Shown here: piece after piece, positions 58,719 through 64,000 of the stretch
Layout: each line of letters opens with the position of its first letter
How positions within the stretch are numbered: position 1 is the first letter of the stretch
Assembly: GCA_000165425.1 (NCBI GenBank)
Contig: CT868669.1
Span: 62,001 to 126,000, forward strand
DNA length: 64,000 bases
Direction: 5' to 3'
From: Paramecium tetraurelia
Taxonomy: Eukaryota
Notes under the pieces: model-generated
The model's input: only the letters and a program-made list of their open reading frames with translations
Database searches by the model: none
Told to the model about the DNA's origin: nothing
Position numbers and translations under genes: made by a program

Positions 58719-59114
58719 ATGGACTCAAAAATTATTCCACTTCAAAATATTGATGAATTCAAGACATCCATTCTCATTGAAGAAAGAGTGGCCATCTTAA
58801 TATTTACAGCAGAATGGTTTTATATCATCATTATCTCAAGGTGTCAACCAAGTCTGAACCTAGTAACCTAAATGAAAAAAGAATTGGATTAATAACGAAA
58901 AAGACTGAGCCAATAAACAGGTGCCATCAACATCTTTGTTGTAGATCATGAAAAAGAGGGATGCTATCAAATAGTCAAATAATTTGCTCCAACTACATTA
59001 CCATATGTATACTTATTTGAGAAAGGGAAATATATTGCCTAATTCGGAGGTCTAGATGTTTTTGCAATGAATAAATTAATTAAGAAAGCTTTGGAATCAT
59101 CTAGAGCATTATGA
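58719..59114 (+). CDS. Thioredoxin-fold protein with CxxS active site
   Basis: LIFTAEW|CQPS after removing intron 58817-58840; FVVD, TTLPYVYLFEKGK..FGG. Confidence 0.8.
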
Positions 59115-59659
59115 ATAAATAATATTGCATTTTATATTGGTCATTCATTTAAGTGTATAATTTTATATTCACTCTATCAATTCCTTGTTATCCCAAAGAA
59201 TGTTCTCTCTGAGGTTAATTACTTGTTATAACACAATATTGGACTACTTTTTGAGTTTATTTTATAATTATAATGTAAAAATGTCTTATAAAATAATTGA
59301 TAATTAAACTTTCAATTAGTTAATCTTTTCTGTGTGATAAAATTGATTTAAAATCTCGTTAAATATGAATGTCTGAAATTATAAAAACTTTATCTTTTTA
59401 GAGATATTAAGAAATTATATGTTTAAATAATAAATTTAGATTCTATCTTAGGATGGATTACAATATGGTGGGAAATGCTTTGATTATTTGGTTTGTTTGA
59501 TTTTTTGATTAATGTTGACATCATCTCTAACTATTATAATTTTTGTTTGTATTATTATACTCCAACGCAAAGCCATTCTTTTTAGTTAAGTATTAGATAT
59601 AGTACTGCATTAGGTACCTGTTGAGTATTTTAGAGCCTATATTTCAAATATTCCTAATT

Positions 59660-59699
59660 AGCCAATCAAATTGCGAGAAAAGTACATTAAGTATTGGCT
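59660..59699. promoter_or_regulatory. Inverted pair of CCAAT boxes upstream of H2B
   Basis: AGCCAAT at 59660-59666 and ATTGGCT at 59693-59699, about 30-70 nt before the H2B ATG. Confidence 0.5.
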
Positions 59700-59727
59700 T
59701 ATAAATATTATTTTCAAATTAATTAAA

Positions 59728-60105
59728 ATGGCACCATCAAAATCACCAAAGGCTGACGCAGCTAAAAAGACAGTCAAAACAGTCAAGACAAAGAAGGGAT
59801 CAGATGATAAAAAAAAGGCAAGAAGACGATAAGAGACATTCGCTCTTTATATTTACAAGGTTTTAAGATAAGTTCACCCAGAAATTGGTGTTTCAAGAAA
59901 AGCTATGAACATTATGAACTCATTCATCAATGATATCTTTGATAGAATTGCTCTTGAAGCCAGCAAATTGGTTAGATTCAACAAGAGAAGAACACTCAGT
60001 TCAAGGGAAATCTAAACAGCAGTCAAGTTGCTTCTTCCAGGAGAATTGGCCAGACATGCCATCTCAGAAGGAACAAAAGCAGTCACCAAATACACCAGTG
60101 GTTGA
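59728..60105 (+). CDS. H2B: Histone H2B
   Basis: Intronless; [73 protein letters not shown], with TAA at conserved Gln positions. Confidence 0.99.
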
Positions 60106-60347
60106 TTTATTCAATTTAATTCATATAACATTAAAATGGATGTTAAATATTATTATTTTTGTCTATTTACTAATTGAATGGGAAAATCGTATAGTTAGAT
60201 ATATCTAAATAAAAGTTTGAGAGATTCCCTGTTGTCTTGAAAAATAATGGAAGATCAATTAAAATTTACTTTGTTTTTGCCTTGTATCTAGAAGTAGATG
60301 GATCATATGTAGAATATTTGTGACTAAGAATTTTATTATATAAATTA

Positions 60348-61723
60348 ATGAAATAGGTTCCTATTGTATATTTTTTTCAAAATGAACCAAAGGCACAATT
60401 TATGTTCTTTTTCTAAGGAGAGGAAGTACAACAATTATCTAACTTTATTGTAGCTGATAGTGAAAAATATATTACAGCAATTCCCATTTAAGATTACTAC
60501 TCATCACATTCGATTCAAGATATTTGTTTAAGACATTGAACCGAAGACGTAAATCGATTAATTTTATTAAAGATATGCTTGGTTTGATATCTCTAATCCC
60601 AATGCCAAAGTGCCAGTTGTTAATGATACTGTTTTTGCTAAAATCTTAATTCTTTCAGATCTTTCATATAGTAGAATCGCCAAGAAAATGGTTGAAAGTG
60701 TATCCTAAGATTATAAAGTAGGAGATCTAAGGGTCCAATAAAATCCCATTTAACAATTACAGTCAACTTAAAATAAAGGATAGCAATCCCAATCCAATTC
60801 ATCACCTAAATTGCAATAGTAATAAAATTAAAAGTAAACTCTGCAGCAAGGTAGTGAAAGACTAAGCAATAGGCATTTGAGTAATTAATCAAATGGGACT
60901 AGTCAAAGTGGCGATCTTTTAGAAGCATTTGAGAAACTAGATTTTAAACCAAATCATCATACCTAATCACAACCAATCAGTCAAGCAGATTTGGATATTA
61001 ACAATTAGAATTTCCCCAATTTTACTCAAAATTAAACCAAAAGACTGAAAAATGATAAAGATTCCTCACAATTCAAAGGGTTGAATGCTCAATCAGATTC
61101 TAATGATGATCAATTTACGTAATTCTAACAAAAACCATAGTAGCAATAAGCCAAAAAAGGCTAAGATTTATTTGAATTTGATACGCTTACTAATAAATAA
61201 ACTACTGTTTTAAATGAGCAATTTCAAGGAAAAGATGGGGATCTATTTTAATTCGATGCTCCATCCCAATCGTAATAATAGTCTAATGATTAATACGAAG
61301 GACTAACAGATAAATAAATTGTTGATTTGAGAGTAGAATAAGCAGCTGAGGGTCTATAAAAGATTTGGTAAGAAGAGTAAGATTATAATGTCTTGAGATA
61401 ACAAGCTAAAGATGAGGTAGAACCAAAAATATTAAAATGGGCCTAAAAGAATAATGTAAGAAACAATCTAAGGTTGCTTCTGACTACATTAACTGATGTT
61501 TTATGGGAAGGAACAAATTGGCAATGTTCAATAGGAGATTTGATGACTGAAGGCAAAGTCAAAGTATTTAATAAATTTAAATTATTAGTTGAAGTATCGT
61601 CAAGCTTTATTAATTGTGCATCCTGATAAACATAATTCAACTCCTCCTGTCTAAAGATATATTGCTGAAAGAGTATTTTATGAACTTAATTAAGCTTGGA
61701 ATGATGAAAAAAACAGAAGTTGA
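60348..61723 (+). CDS. Auxilin-like protein: DIX-like N-terminus, disordered middle, C-terminal J domain
   Basis: QFPF..HIRFK..AWFDISNPNAKVPV..VFAKIL; DLFEFD and DLFQFD; KILKWA..NLRLLLTTLTDVLW..KYRQALLIVHPDK..IAERVFYELNQAW. Confidence 0.88.
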
Positions 61724-62220
61724 AATATATTTATAATTTAAATCGTCTTTTATAAAAATTATAGCTTTAAATGACTAATTCATAGATTCAATCTAAAAAT
61801 AAATTGTTCTTACATTCAATTTAAAGTTAAAGGTAGTTGATATAATAATAGTTTGTGTCTATAGGATTTAATTCATTATCATTATTATGAGAATGATTAA
61901 GACTGCTTTTAATCATAATGCAATTAAATTTATTCTCTTGCATTATTAATTAAAAAATTAAAATAGAATTTATGAAAATTATATTTTTATAAAATATAAT
62001 AGAAATATTTTTGTTTTGAAATATTTAATTTTTGCCTGAAACGTGGCAATTAATTTCACTTGATGAATTTTATCAATTTTATTTAAGTTCAAATGAAATC
62101 AAATATTAATTAGAATTAATGCTCATTCAGAAAGTAAGTGATTTCAAATATTAAAAAAACAAAACTTTTGAATCTATAAGAGTGTGATTAAAAAATATAT
62201 AGAAAAAGTTGCGCTGTTCA

Positions 62221-63273
62221 TCAAACTTCAATTGATGAATTAGTTTGCTATTCGTTTACTTGAACACTAGACACTAATTCATTTTTTATCTACTAGGGCT
62301 GTAACTCAATTCCTGTTATTGAAGGTCTACAGCTCTCATCTCCGTCTACTATTTCCACTTCCACAGGCTCATCAGTTTTCTCATATAGAGCATCCAAGAC
62401 TGCTGTTTTTTCCTTCTTCTTAAATTTGCTTTTCTTGAGAAATGAATCTTGCACCCAAAACTATAATAACCGGTTTTGATACGCAAAGAGCATTAAATAT
62501 TAAAGGTATGATGACTAGTACAATAATAAGCTCGAGTTCTGGATATTAGTTTATAGGTTAAAACATCCATGATACAGCTGTCAATAAATATTCACCCAAG
62601 AGTAATTAGAAGAAGTAGAGGATAATTTTGCTCTTGTTTATTGAGTGATAACTTACTACAACAACGATTAAAATCCACAGTGTTAATTAAAACATGTACA
62701 CTCCATAAGCAACCTCAACTTTAGGCTTGGCCTTTTTGGTTTCGGTCAAATCGCCAGAACTTATCGAGTAGGTCGTGATATGTGGGTAGGATATAGTGTA
62801 ATAATTGCCAGTTTGAAATTGCTACAAATATTGCTGGGATGCATACCGTCTAGCCTAACTTTTGAAATAGAGCTTCGAAGAGAGTGATCAATAAACAATT
62901 AATTAGCATGCCCAGAGTGCAATCCAACATGTAAGTAATAAAATACCTGCCTTAAGAATATTATGTACCATTGACATTAATCGCCACTATCTGCAGAACT
63001 CAACAATAAAGCCAATCCAATATTTAAGAAGTGCTACACAACAGCACTAACAAACTATTTAGCAGTATCCTATATTATGTATTCTAAAATTACCATTAAA
63101 AATATTTTCCAAACTCTTTTTGGTTTTTCAATGTGCCTCTTAACTATTAGGATAAAATTGTATTAATTACAGACTAGGACTAAGAAGCAAAGGAATCCCA
63201 AAATAGATTACACCATTATTCCAAAACCTCCCAATAATTCACATCCCTACGCTTCAGGTTCCTCTGTTGACAT
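62221..63273 (-). CDS. STIMATE/TMEM110-like multi-pass membrane protein
   Basis: CELLGGFGIMVQ, KRHIEKPKRVWKIFLM|DTAKQ, HFLNI, CQW|YFITYMLDCTLG, PELELII, FWVQDSFLK. Confidence 0.85.
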
Positions 63274-63710
63274 ACAGAATTATGTTTAATTAATAAATAA
63301 TATAAAAGAATATTAAGTAATTAGACAGTTACCGATTCAGTCAAACATCTAAGATACTTAATAGGAATACATTTTTATATATAAAAATATGAATTATTCT
63401 AAAAATTGTTGTTCAAGATTGTTATGATTAATTAAGACTTTGCAAAAACTAACCATTTATAAAAATTCAAATAATGAATCTATATTTAGTATTTCTGAAT
63501 TGTAATGTTCCTAAAAATAAATTATGGAAAATCTTATTTATTATTATCAATTACATTAAGAATGACATTACTAAGCAATAATTTATTTATCATACGATTA
63601 ATTAGGACTATTAACAGACTTCCTCATTATCATAATTGCTACTATTATGTAAAATGTAATTGATAATAATCATAATGCAAATGCAAATATATTAATTCAA
63701 GACATCAAGT

Positions 63711-64000
63711 TCAATTTAACTCGATATTTAAATCACTTATTAAGTTCTATTCATCTTCGATTAGCATATCACCATTGTTATCGATCATTCCAAATTACTA
63801 TATTTTTCGTCTTGGTTGAGGTGGAGAATCCGTAATATCTTCTGAAGATGATTCTCTTATTTATCTTCTAGGTGGTATGATGATATTTTCAGTTTCATCC
63901 ATCTCTTCTATTTGTATCTCTTCAAAAGGTTACACTTCCTCCACTTATTCTGGTGCTATGGGATTTGTCTTTTCAGAACTGATTTTGCCAGATTATTCTT
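63711..64000 (-). CDS. 3' end of a gene entering from outside the window (acidic disordered tail)
   Basis: Open frame ...EQVEEVQPFEEIQIEEMDETENIIIPPRR...LNIELN-TGA. Confidence 0.6.

Noticed and set aside
59930..60208. 92-aa ORF overlapping H2B in the supplied track
   Set aside because: Alternative frame of the H2B CDS with no protein-like features.
60247..60351. 34-codon ORF just upstream of the auxilin-like gene
   Set aside because: Short ORFs arise readily with a single stop codon; no supporting motif.

Overview
AT-rich, gene-dense ciliate macronuclear DNA, most likely Paramecium (aurelia-complex-like; the species cannot be fixed from the sequence). TAA/TAG encode Gln, TGA is the only stop, and introns are tiny (about 20-30 nt, GT..AG), so the supplied standard-code ORF track is fragmentary. 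Re-translating by hand gives about 32 protein genes. Clearly recognisable: succinyl-CoA ligase beta, a Nudix CoA-pyrophosphatase, a CK1-like kinase, a Sec14/CRAL-TRIO protein, a Cid1-type nucleotidyltransferase, UBC12, IFT56/TTC26, gp210/Nup210, a DNAJC9-like J protein, kinesin-13, RPN1, RP2/TBCC, PRMT1, an ATXR3/SDG2-type SET protein, ceramide synthase, PH-OSBP, a RING-variant ligase, acid phosphatase, a divergent BiP, IMP4, a CxxS thioredoxin, histone H2B, an auxilin-like J protein and a STIMATE/TMEM110-like protein. I saw no rRNA, tRNA, CRISPR array, transposon or telomere, and no operon-like new system. Best leads: an ATXR3-type SET protein with degenerate catalytic motifs, two acylated microproteins sharing a basic motif, an ENaC/P2X-topology membrane protein, a candidate Spc25, a SAP-domain kinesin-13, a BiP with altered ATPase motifs, and several single-base homopolymer frameshifts that are probably assembly errors. 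All coordinates and translations are manual and family calls come from remembered motifs, not database searches.
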